Source: an uncultured Candidatus Competibacteraceae bacterium (GTDB lineage: Bacteria; Bacteroidota; Bacteroidia; CAIKAF01). From it: DNA of 64,000 nucleotides. The first letter of the stretch is position 1. The number at the start of each line of letters is the position of its first letter. Where the stretch lies: positions 16,021 through 80,020 of the forward strand of contig CAZOEO010000012.1 in the NCBI GenBank assembly GCA_964578885.1, read 5' to 3'. The notes beneath the pieces were generated by a model. That model made no database searches. It was not told the origin of the DNA and was given only the letters and a program-made list of their open reading frames with translations. Made by a program: the position numbers and the translations under genes. Shown here piece by piece: positions 50,351 to 59,129 of this stretch.

Positions 50351-52096
50351 ATGCAAACAAGGTTATCTATCATTTTGATTTGGTTGAACCTGGCCGTTTG
50401 GGGGCAGGAAATCCGTGTGACACCACAAAAAACCCAGGTTGGAGTAGGGGAGACTTTTCAGCTGAACTACGACATGGAACAGGTGCAGGGCCGAATTCAA
50501 CTTCCTGCTTTACAGGGATTTCGACAAGCAGGCACCCAGCAAAGTACACAAATCATCAATGGCCGCACCACACAAAAACTCACCTTGTTTCTCGTGGCCC
50601 TCGAACCCGGCCAGTTTACCATCCCGCCACTCGTGGTCGTTTCCGGATCTCAAAAAGTATCTTCTCCTGCTGTTTCAATCGAAGTAACAGGAAAAAGCAG
50701 TGCTACGCAGGGAAATGCACAGGCAGGAAAACCAACGCCGCCGCCAAATGCATCGGGTGAACTCATGCTTTCCATTGATGTGAGTAAAAAACAACCGAGG
50801 TTGGGTGAACCAGTCGTGATTACGGCTCATTTATACACTTTGTACCCTTCTATTAGTTTCGATGAAGTCGTTTTTCCATCCATTGAGGGCGGATTGGTCA
50901 AAGAAATTCCCGATGCGGCCGACAATGCTTTTCGCCGTTCAGAATTAAATGGTCGGGTGTACAACCATGCCGTAATTAAAAAGTGGGTGCTGATTCCTCA
51001 GCAACTTGGAGAACTTACCATTCAACCTATTCGTGCGACTGTTCGGGTGCAAAAAGCCGCGCAACCCACCAATGATTTCGATTTCTTTTTCGGGCCTCGA
51101 TATATGGAAACCCGTATGCAAATTGAATCTGCAATATCCCGAATCAAGGTTTCTCCTTTACCTGAAAAGGATCAGCCGGAGTTTTTCACCAATGCCGTTG
51201 GTCAGTTTACTTTTTATGTGGGTTTGGATAAAACCAAAATGGAGGTAAACGATGCACTCACCCTCACCCTTATGGTTAAAGGTTCTGGTAACCTGCCCAT
51301 GATTGCTTTACCCGAACCAAACTGGCCTACCGGATTTGAAGTGGCTAAGCCAGCCATTCGAGATAAATCACAGTTGTCGCCCCAGGGATATACAGGCTCC
51401 ATAAGTGCCGAATATGTCTTAATCGCCAATACTCCGGGCAAGTTTACTCTTCCCGCTGTGTCTTTTGCTTTTTTCAATCCCAAAACCAATGCTTACGAAA
51501 TCCAACAAAGCGATTCTTATGACATTACGGTTTTTGGAGATCCACAGACCCGCACGTCCGAACCGGTTTCTGGTGAAGTCGAGTCCTTAGGCAAAGACAT
51601 TCGCTATATTCAGGAAAGGCCGGATTTCTCAGAACATGTCGGGGTCTGGCATCATTCATGGCTTTGGTATTTGGCAAGTTTCCTCCTGGCCATTTTACCT
51701 TTTGTCTTCATTCGACTTCGCAAACGGCTTCAGAGAGTTTCTGTCGGAAAGGACTCGCGTCGGCAGGAGCAAGCCCTCCGTTTGGCCAGAAAGCAACTTT
51801 CCTCAGCCATTCAAACCCTTGAAAAAGGTGAAGTGAAACCGGCATTGAAAGCCATGCTGGCCGCGCTTTCACATTATTTGACCCATCGACATCACCTTCC
51901 ACCCACCCAACAAAATATGGAAGAAGTGGCGCGTTATCTCCTAAGTAAAAATGCGCCGGAATTGGCAGAAATGTACCGCGAGATAAAGGAAAGGGCGGAG
52001 TTTTCATTATACTCGCCAGTAACGGAAGAACAAACCAAAGCACAATTTCAAAAAGCAATCCAATGGATCGTCGATATGGAAAAAATCAGGGGATAA
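50351..52096 (+). CDS. batD: BatD (oxygen-tolerance) protein
   Basis: Signal MQTRLSIILIWLNLAVWGQE. Repeated beta-rich modules, a late TM (WLWYLASFLLAILPFVFI), and a helical tail. Fifth gene position after batC. Confidence 0.8.
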   Translation: MQTRLSIILIWLNLAVWGQEIRVTPQKTQVGVGETFQLNYDMEQVQGRIQLPALQGFRQAGTQQSTQIINGRTTQKLTLFLVALEPGQFTIPPLVVVSGSQKVSSPAVSIEVTGKSSATQGNAQAGKPTPPPNASGELMLSIDVSKKQPRLGEPVVITAHLYTLYPSISFDEVVFPSIEGGLVKEIPDAADNAFRRSELNGRVYNHAVIKKWVLIPQQLGELTIQPIRATVRVQKAAQPTNDFDFFFGPRYMETRMQIESAISRIKVSPLPEKDQPEFFTNAVGQFTFYVGLDKTKMEVNDALTLTLMVKGSGNLPMIALPEPNWPTGFEVAKPAIRDKSQLSPQGYTGSISAEYVLIANTPGKFTLPAVSFAFFNPKTNAYEIQQSDSYDITVFGDPQTRTSEPVSGEVESLGKDIRYIQERPDFSEHVGVWHHSWLWYLASFLLAILPFVFIRLRKRLQRVSVGKDSRRQEQALRLARKQLSSAIQTLEKGEVKPALKAMLAALSHYLTHRHHLPPTQQNMEEVARYLLSKNAPELAEMYREIKERAEFSLYSPVTEEQTKAQFQKAIQWIVDMEKIRG

Positions 52097-52830
52097 GCCC
52101 CGTTTGGGTGCTTTTGCTGGTCTATTGGGCAAGCTTGGTGCCATTATGGTCACAGGCGGCTCCGGAAATAGATTTTGAAAGAGGTGTGGCGGCCTATTCC
52201 CAACAGCAATACGCCAATTCAGCGGCTATCTTTAGCGATTTGGCCAAGTCTCATCCTTCACCTGCGGTTTTTTATAATTTAGGTAACGCACTTTACCGAA
52301 ATGGCAAGAAGGGAGAAGCATTGGCCGCCTATCATGCCGCTTTGCGACTCGATCCATCCCACCAGGATGCCCTTTTCAATTTGCAATTTCTAGGTGGTCA
52401 ATCTTCTGCACAGCTATTTTATTATCAGTGGGTGGGTTGGTTTTCTACTTATACCTGGGCCATACTCACCTTGTTTTTTTTGGCTTTGATTTCTGTAGCG
52501 GTGCTGCTTTTGTATCGCAGGCCGTCTGTTTGGTTAGCCAAAATCATGCTGGTCGGGATGATTTTATCGGCGATTCTGGCGCTTTTTAGTTTTGGTGCCA
52601 GTTTCCTGAGAAGGAATTGGGAAAGTCAGGTGCTAGGTGTTGTGGTGATTCCTGCAGCAGAATTGAAAGCCGAACCCATCGACGCATCGCAGACCTTGGT
52701 GCGGGCACAGGAAGGGGCTACGGGGAAAATTCTAAGTGAAAGTGGCGATTGGTATTATTTGCGGCTCGATGGCATGGAACCCGGCTGGGTGCCAAAATCA
52801 GCTGTTCGAAACACCGCTGCATGGAAATAG
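52063..52830 (+). CDS. batE: BatE-like TPR plus SH3-like domain membrane protein
   Basis: TPR (AVFYNLGNALYRNGKKGEALAAYHAALRLDP), 2 TM helices, and a C-terminal SH3-like GDWYYLRLDGMEPGWVPKSAV. Overlaps the batD end by 34 nt. Confidence 0.78.
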   Translation: MDRRYGKNQGISPVWVLLLVYWASLVPLWSQAAPEIDFERGVAAYSQQQYANSAAIFSDLAKSHPSPAVFYNLGNALYRNGKKGEALAAYHAALRLDPSHQDALFNLQFLGGQSSAQLFYYQWVGWFSTYTWAILTLFFLALISVAVLLLYRRPSVWLAKIMLVGMILSAILALFSFGASFLRRNWESQVLGVVVIPAAELKAEPIDASQTLVRAQEGATGKILSESGDWYYLRLDGMEPGWVPKSAVRNTAAWK

Positions 52831-53342
52831 GACTTTTATCCGATACACATGGTTGGCTGCATCCTCGGTTAGCGCATCATTTAAAAGGAGTAGATGAAAT
52901 TTGGCATGCCGGAGATTTGGGACATGTTTCTCTGGTTCCGCAACTTGAGCAATGGGCTCCGGTGAGAGGAGTGTTCGGAAATATTGATGGTACAGACCTC
53001 CGGAAAATTTGGCCCCTTTGGCAGGATTTTACCATCATGGGTTGTCGGATTCTAATGACCCATATTGCTGGTTATCCGGGAAAATACACTGCAGAAGTCC
53101 GGCAAAAATTGAATACGCAACCACCCGATGTGCTCATTTGCGGGCATTCGCACATTGTGAAAGTGATGAAAGATCCCAGGTACGGACATCTGCACATTAA
53201 TCCCGGGGCTGCAGGGCATCATGGATGGCATAAAGTCATGACGCTTGTGCGTTTTTCCCTGACAGAAAAAGGAATTTCTGATTTTAAACTTATTGAACTT
53301 GGACCCCGCGGACAGGCTCTGCCCTTGGAAGGTTTAGTTTAA
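52821..53342 (+). CDS. Metallophosphoesterase (YfcE/MJ0936 family)
   Basis: LLSDTHG, HAGDLG, GNIDG, GHSH, INPGAAG. The ATG at 52821 overlaps the batE end by 10 nt. Confidence 0.85.
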   Translation: MEIGLLSDTHGWLHPRLAHHLKGVDEIWHAGDLGHVSLVPQLEQWAPVRGVFGNIDGTDLRKIWPLWQDFTIMGCRILMTHIAGYPGKYTAEVRQKLNTQPPDVLICGHSHIVKVMKDPRYGHLHINPGAAGHHGWHKVMTLVRFSLTEKGISDFKLIELGPRGQALPLEGLV

Positions 53343-53500
53343 AATACGGCCCTCGTAATACTTGCGTTTTAACGGTGATTTTTCTGCATTAGTTTATTTG
53401 TAATCAACTTTTTAAAAGGATTTTTGCAGGTAAGAAATGGATGTTTTTTGGATATTTAAGTCGCTTTGAATGATTTACTTTAGATTTATAAAACATCCAA

Positions 53501-55342
53501 ATGAAAAAATTAATCACCGTGTGTGTCTGGATTGGATTGGGAACCATGTTCGGTCAAACCCAAGGCGTAAGCATTAGCGCCAATGGCACACCTCCTGATC
53601 CATCTGCTATGTTAGATATTCAAAGCACTTTGGGTGGTGTGCTTTTTCCCCGCATGACAGAAACCCAGCGGAACGCCATTGCCAATCCGCAAGAAGGATT
53701 ATTTGTTTTTAATACCACCAGCAGATGTTTTGAAGTATACAACCAAAACATAGGCATCTGGCAACGTCTGTATTGTATTTGTGATGCACCACCTGCGCCT
53801 GTGTTAAATGCTGCTACAAGTGTTAATTATCAGGGATTTACGGCCAACTGGCAATCGAGTCCAGGCGCCACCGGATATTTCATTGATCTTGCGTATGATA
53901 CTTCTTTTAATTTCATGATTCCCGGTTATCTAAACTATTTCGCCGGAGCAGGAACCTCGTTGGCCGTATCGGGTATTCTTTGCGATACCACGGTGTATTA
54001 TCGTGTGCGGGCGTTTACAGGTTGCGGCTCCGGTGTGTCTGCGGGAAGAATCGCGGCCACTACCGGCGCTTGTGTGGCTTGTATCCGTTATGGCTCTTCC
54101 CATTATGAGGAAGTTCGCGGATTGGTTTCAAATACAGATGGCTCCATTTTGGTAGCATCCTATATGGAACAAGCCATGACCAATGGTGCCTATGGTTTTA
54201 ATTTTGCAAAAATTTCAGCCAATAACCAAGTGGTTTGGACACGTTCCGTGGGTTTTAATTCTGGCGATGCCTATTTAATGGATGCCATTCCTGCACATGG
54301 AGGTGGCATCGTGGCTGTAGGATACGCAAATACAACGACCTACAATAGCAGTAACCGTTCAAGAATAATGGTGGTAAATGTAGATGATAATGGAAATGTG
54401 GTTTGGGCACATGGTTATGGTGGAACCACGACTACAATAGATGATATTGCCAATCAGATTGCGCCTACGCCGGATGGTGGTTATGTGATTGGTGGATATA
54501 CGCGTCATTTCGGCGCATCTACCAACGGATTTTATGCACTTAAAATCAATGGATCCGGTGCCGTGCAATGGGGACAATTGTTCAGTTCATCCAATCAGGA
54601 ATACGGACAAGGAGTCGCCGTTTCGCCGGATGGCTCAATCTATATAACAGGTTATAGATCATCCAGTACCTTGGGCAGCAATGATTTTATGATTGTTAAA
54701 TTCAATAGTTCGGGTAGTTTTCAGTGGGCCAGAGTGCAGGGAGGCGGCGGCAGCGATGTGGCACTTGGAGCCACCTCCGACGCGCAGAACAATGTATATA
54801 CAGTGGGATATACCAGTTCTTTTGGAAATGGTAACCAAGCCATTTATATCACGAAAACCGATCCATCCGGTAATCTTTTATGGGCAAACCGATATGAAGC
54901 ATCCAGTTCTTTGTATTCGCAGAGAATTACCTGGTCGACCAATAATGGGGGAGAGCTGTTGGTGATCGGAGAAGGAAGTTTGGGTGTGATTGGTTCAGAT
55001 GATATTATTATTTTGAGGGTAAATCCCAATAACGGAGCCATTTTACAAACGACTGTGGCCGGTTCATCTTCCTCAGACGTGGGAAGATCCATCGTCCCAA
55101 CACAAAATGGTTCTGGATATATTGCTGCAGGATCAACTGGTTTTCTTACCTATGGATCGCAAGACGGCTACGTGATGCGTTTGGATGCGAATTTATCCGG
55201 CTGTTGTTCGGCCAATGCTAGCCTGACCACCGTCGCTGGTGGAAATTCTAATTCCATTTCTGGCAGCCAGTTCAGCGGAGGAACACAGTTTTCCGGACAC
55301 GTAACCAATACACGGGGACAGTTGCAGGTGGTCTGCCCTTAA
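53501..55342 (+). CDS. Secreted multidomain protein: N-terminal conserved module, FN3-like domain, beta-propeller-type repeats
   Basis: Signal MKKLITVCVWIGLGTMFGQ. FN3-like FTANWQSSPGATGYFIDLAYD...YYRVRAF. Repeated ..DG(G/S)..v.GYt...G..D..v.k.n..G...W motifs. I see no T9SS C-terminal domain. Confidence 0.7.
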   Translation: MKKLITVCVWIGLGTMFGQTQGVSISANGTPPDPSAMLDIQSTLGGVLFPRMTETQRNAIANPQEGLFVFNTTSRCFEVYNQNIGIWQRLYCICDAPPAPVLNAATSVNYQGFTANWQSSPGATGYFIDLAYDTSFNFMIPGYLNYFAGAGTSLAVSGILCDTTVYYRVRAFTGCGSGVSAGRIAATTGACVACIRYGSSHYEEVRGLVSNTDGSILVASYMEQAMTNGAYGFNFAKISANNQVVWTRSVGFNSGDAYLMDAIPAHGGGIVAVGYANTTTYNSSNRSRIMVVNVDDNGNVVWAHGYGGTTTTIDDIANQIAPTPDGGYVIGGYTRHFGASTNGFYALKINGSGAVQWGQLFSSSNQEYGQGVAVSPDGSIYITGYRSSSTLGSNDFMIVKFNSSGSFQWARVQGGGGSDVALGATSDAQNNVYTVGYTSSFGNGNQAIYITKTDPSGNLLWANRYEASSSLYSQRITWSTNNGGELLVIGEGSLGVIGSDDIIILRVNPNNGAILQTTVAGSSSSDVGRSIVPTQNGSGYIAAGSTGFLTYGSQDGYVMRLDANLSGCCSANASLTTVAGGNSNSISGSQFSGGTQFSGHVTNTRGQLQVVCP

Positions 55343-55488
55343 ATGAAACAGCCATAAACGAAAATACCCTTCAGGACGATTTTTTTTCTTTAAAAAGTGT
55401 TTTACACATTTAGTGTTTATAAAAAATGAATTTGATTAGATTGCTAAGTTCTAATTGGCGGTATTTTTAAATCCATTTATAATTCATA

Positions 55489-55938
55489 ATGAAAAAACGT
55501 CTATTAGGATTAATGCTTCTTTTTCCGGTCTGGCTGATGGCACAGGTGACAATCGTGCAACCAATTAATGGTGAGCCGGCGCTAGAAAAAGTTCAAACTT
55601 TCCCCATGTTTCCCGTTTGCGAGGATTATGCCGGATTCAATGCGCGGCAACTTTGCTTTCAAAAACAAATGGATCAGTTCCTGGCCAAAGAACTCAGAAT
55701 GCCTCAAGAGGCCAAAGATGCCGGGGTAGATGGCTGGGTGAAAGTGCAATATATTGTGGAAAAGGATGGATCCATCCGGGAAGTCACCGCCTTGGAAGAT
55801 CCCGGTTATGGTTGTGCAGAAGAGGTCGCAAGGGTCCTTCGGTCGCTTCCCCGACTTATTCCCGGTGTGCATTTGGGAAAAGTGGTTCGGGTAAAACAAA
55901 TGCTTTCTGTTCAATTTTCAACGCCCAAAAAGGGATAA
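55489..55938 (+). CDS. TonB C-terminal domain protein (secreted)
   Basis: Signal MKKRLLGLMLLFPVWLMAQ. PMFPVCED... FLAKELRMPQEAKDAGVDGWVKVQYIVEKDGSI. Confidence 0.75.
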   Translation: MKKRLLGLMLLFPVWLMAQVTIVQPINGEPALEKVQTFPMFPVCEDYAGFNARQLCFQKQMDQFLAKELRMPQEAKDAGVDGWVKVQYIVEKDGSIREVTALEDPGYGCAEEVARVLRSLPRLIPGVHLGKVVRVKQMLSVQFSTPKKG

Positions 55939-56001
55939 GAAAAATTACGGTCATCTGCTCAATCTTCTTGTAGCAGGTTTTAAAACAAAGGGGGCGATGA
56001 A

Positions 56002-56598
56002 TCACGTCCACTTAAAACTTTTTCGGTGGTAGGGACTCGCTCCAAACTCCCGTAGGGCCGCACGGTGCGCTTCCGTTGGATAGCCTTTGTTCTGTTGCCA
56101 GCCGTATTGCGGATGTTCCAGGTGCAAGGTATGCATCAAATCGTCTCGGTGGGTTTTGGCTAAAATGGAAGCTGCGGCAATATGCAGAAATCGCGCATCT
56201 CCTTTAATTTCACAACGATGCGGAGTAAAACCATACGGAACAAACCGATTTCCATCTACTGCAATGAATTCCGCCGCCGGCACCAGTCCATCCAGGGCTT
56301 TATGCATCGCCCAAATGGACGCTTTTAGAATGTTTAATCGGTCGATGTCTTCGGGCCAAACATGCGCCACCTGCCATCCAATGGCATGTTCCTCAATGTA
56401 GACCCTCAAGGTCTTGCGCATGTTTTCAGAAACTTGTTTGGAGTCGGTTAAACCGGAAAGCTGAAAACCTTCTGGTAAAATTACGGCCGCAGCGGTTACG
56501 GGACCAGCCAAACAACCGCGTCCTGCTTCATCACATCCTGCCTCATACCGAAAGGCCGAAACTTTTGCCTGTAACACCTGAATCCTTACTTTTGACAA
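56002..56598 (-). CDS. rnhB: Ribonuclease HII
   Basis: AGCDEAGRGCLAGPV, DSK, ASILAK; 198 aa. Confidence 0.93.
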   Translation of the reverse strand: MSKVRIQVLQAKVSAFRYEAGCDEAGRGCLAGPVTAAAVILPEGFQLSGLTDSKQVSENMRKTLRVYIEEHAIGWQVAHVWPEDIDRLNILKASIWAMHKALDGLVPAAEFIAVDGNRFVPYGFTPHRCEIKGDARFLHIAAASILAKTHRDDLMHTLHLEHPQYGWQQNKGYPTEAHRAALREFGASPYHRKSFKWT

Positions 56599-56612
56599 AA
56601 CTACAACTCCTT

Positions 56613-57356
56613 TTGAAAAAGAAATTATTTTCTCTTTTGCCGCCCTTTCTGAAGCAACAGCTGAAACGGGCTTATTATTTTAAAAAGTTTTCGCAAGCCC
56701 AATGGAATCAGGAACCGGAACTGGGTTTTCTCAAAACCATGATTTCCGCCGGCGATGTGGTCCTGGATGTGGGCGCCAATTATGGACTTTACACCCGCTT
56801 TCTGGCAGAATTGGTGGGTAAAAACGGCTTGGTGATGTCGCTGGAACCTGTTCCGGAAACCCATGATACCGTCTTATACAATGTAAAAAAGGCGCAGTTA
56901 TCTCAGGTGAAAGTGATGCCATTGGCCGCTTCGAATCAAAATGGTGAAGCCGTGGTATTTATTCCCACCTGGGAAGATGGCTCCGATAATTTCTACGAAG
57001 CAAGCTTGCAGCCATCTTCTTCCACCCGGGGGCGAAGCCTGAAAATCCAAACCACCAGGTTGGACGATTTGTGCAAGGATTTTACCCGATTAGATTTTAT
57101 CAAATTGGATGTAGAAGGTCACGAACCGGAAGCCCTGGCCGGTGCGAAAAATCTGATTCAGCAGTTCCGGCCCGCCATGCTGATAGAAATCAACGATGAT
57201 TTTCACGAGGGTTCTACCGGAGCCAAAGTGCGACAATTACTAATGGAAATGCAATATGACATGTTTGCGCTTCAGGCAGGCAAATTGGTGTCCGTCCAGG
57301 GAAAGGGACACGGGGTGAATTATTGGTTTTTGCCTCGTGAAAAAGTGAAATCTTAA
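56613..57356 (+). CDS. FkbM family methyltransferase
   Basis: VLDVGANYGLYT, FIKLDVEGHE. The start is uncertain. The ORF opens at TTG 56565, which overlaps rnhB divergently. TTG 56613 gives MKKKLFSLLPP. The first ATG is at 56739. Confidence 0.75.
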   Translation: MKKKLFSLLPPFLKQQLKRAYYFKKFSQAQWNQEPELGFLKTMISAGDVVLDVGANYGLYTRFLAELVGKNGLVMSLEPVPETHDTVLYNVKKAQLSQVKVMPLAASNQNGEAVVFIPTWEDGSDNFYEASLQPSSSTRGRSLKIQTTRLDDLCKDFTRLDFIKLDVEGHEPEALAGAKNLIQQFRPAMLIEINDDFHEGSTGAKVRQLLMEMQYDMFALQAGKLVSVQGKGHGVNYWFLPREKVKS

Positions 57357-58483
57357 GCTTCTACCGCCTTTAGAATGCTGTGGTACACACCTTCCGCTGT
57401 TTTTTCCCATTGAAATTCGGACGCTCTTTGTTTCCCTTTTTCAATCATTTGGCGTCTTATGTCCTCTGAAACAGCGAGATTTTTCATGGCATTCACCATG
57501 TCTTGCGTATCGTTTGCATCGGCTAAAAGAGCCGCATCACCCGCAATTTCCGGCATGGCGGAAGTTTTTCCCGTAATCACCGGTGTGCCGCATTGCATGG
57601 CTTCGATAATAGGAAGTCCAAAACCTTCAAATAAACTCACGTACATCAATGCTGTAGCTCCGGAAAGTAAGGCATTTACTTCGCTTCTTTTCGGCAAACG
57701 TCCTAAAAATCGAATGGAGGAGGCGTGGGGCAGCGTTTTTACCGTTTCAAACAATGGTTGGCTTTCTTTATAAGGGCTGCCGGCAATGATAAATTCATGT
57801 GGTAAACCCGTTTGGGATTTGAAGGCATCAAATGCTTTCACCATGCCAATCAGATTTTTTCGGGGATACAAGCCACCTACAAAAGCAAAATAGGGCTGTT
57901 GTATGCCGTGTTTCTTTTGGAATACCTGCATTTCGGATGGTGAAGAAGGCTGAACAGCTGCACTGACACCATTATATACCACGTCCATTTTATCCGTTGA
58001 AATGCCATACGTGGCGACCAAATCTTGTCGCGTGAAATCGGAAATGGCCACAATACGATTGGCCCGACGTGCATATTTCGGGAAAAAGGTATGATAGAAC
58101 CAGCGATCGAGTTTTCCGAAAAGTGCTGGAAAATGTTCAAAATTCAAATCGTGAATCACCGGAACCTGGGGTAAATTTGCACCCAGCGCCAGATAACCAT
58201 CCGGAGAAAAAAAGACATCGGCTTTATGCTTTTTCAGCACTTTGGGTAAAACCACATGGAACCAGATGTAGTAAAGAAAAGGATGTCGGGCTGGAGGGCC
58301 ATAGACCAAAGGCGTTACGTTTGGGCCATAAATGCTGGAAGAAGGAAAGGGTCGGTCGAATAAGAATAAAAATTCCTCCTGGGGATATTGCTTCACTAAT
58401 CTGGAAACCACCTCGTGCGCATACACGCCTAGTCCTTCTTTTCGGGTGTGGGTCAATAACCTGGCATTAATGGCGATACGCAT
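57353..58483 (-). CDS. Glycosyltransferase family 4 (GT-B)
   Basis: C-terminal half has GRLPKRSEVNALLSGATALMYVSLFEGFGLPIIEAM (EX7E); 376 aa. Confidence 0.88.
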   Translation of the reverse strand: MRIAINARLLTHTRKEGLGVYAHEVVSRLVKQYPQEEFLFLFDRPFPSSSIYGPNVTPLVYGPPARHPFLYYIWFHVVLPKVLKKHKADVFFSPDGYLALGANLPQVPVIHDLNFEHFPALFGKLDRWFYHTFFPKYARRANRIVAISDFTRQDLVATYGISTDKMDVVYNGVSAAVQPSSPSEMQVFQKKHGIQQPYFAFVGGLYPRKNLIGMVKAFDAFKSQTGLPHEFIIAGSPYKESQPLFETVKTLPHASSIRFLGRLPKRSEVNALLSGATALMYVSLFEGFGLPIIEAMQCGTPVITGKTSAMPEIAGDAALLADANDTQDMVNAMKNLAVSEDIRRQMIEKGKQRASEFQWEKTAEGVYHSILKAVEA

Positions 58484-59129
58484 GTTGAACTGTCAATTTA
58501 TCGGCCTTGAGGTGGCGTGCCAAGATACGAAGCTTTACGGTGTGGAAGATGAGTTCGGTTCCATAAGTCGCCGCATCATGGGCATTGGGATATCTGTAAA
58601 CAGAAAAATTGGCCGAATTTTAAAATCTATATTTTATGTAAAATATTGATTATAATAAGTTTGTGAAAATTGAATGAATGGCCTTAAAACCCCTTATTCC
58701 TTTTTCTCCAATAAAAGCTCAGGGAATCGAAAAATACCATTGTATGAACAGAGCTGGTCTTCTGATTCTGAGTAAAGATGGCGTTTCTGACTTTTGGGAG
58801 GTCAAAAAAGTGTTTGATTGTGCGGTCTTTGTCTTTATAGCGTTGTTCTTGGTGAAAGAGCATCGGTCGTTTCCGCGAGGACGTCCGGCATAGCACTTGG
58901 TTTGATGAGAGATGTTCGTTCTTTTGCATTTACCCAAGCCCCGGAGTCCGTATTCAGCCAAAATGGCAAGAAAGTAGAATTGGCAGATGGCTCACTTTTA
59001 GGATGAACTCCATAGTTGGATGCTTTTATAAATCAGATGATTATAGTGAAAAGTTTGGGTTAAGCCATTCGTTCAAAACCCTCGGCAACCAAAGAATAGG
59101 AATAATTTTTGCTACCTTGCTGCCCTGTA

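Noticed and set aside
49969-50356. Minus-strand ORFs of 116 and 112 aa rich in Leu/Val runs.
   Set aside because: They are antisense artefacts of the CAA/CAG poly-Q tract in batC.
56565-56612. TTG-initiated start of the FkbM gene, giving a 34-nt divergent overlap with the rnhB start.
   Set aside because: A head-to-head coding overlap is unlikely. A downstream in-frame start (TTG 56613 or ATG 56739) is more plausible.
58877-58888. GAGGACGTCCGG resembling the RNase P RNA P4 strand GAGGAAAGUCCGG.
   Set aside because: The other universally conserved RNase P elements (the ACAGAA..CCGGCUUA 3' strand in the correct order, and the P1-P3 helices) are absent.
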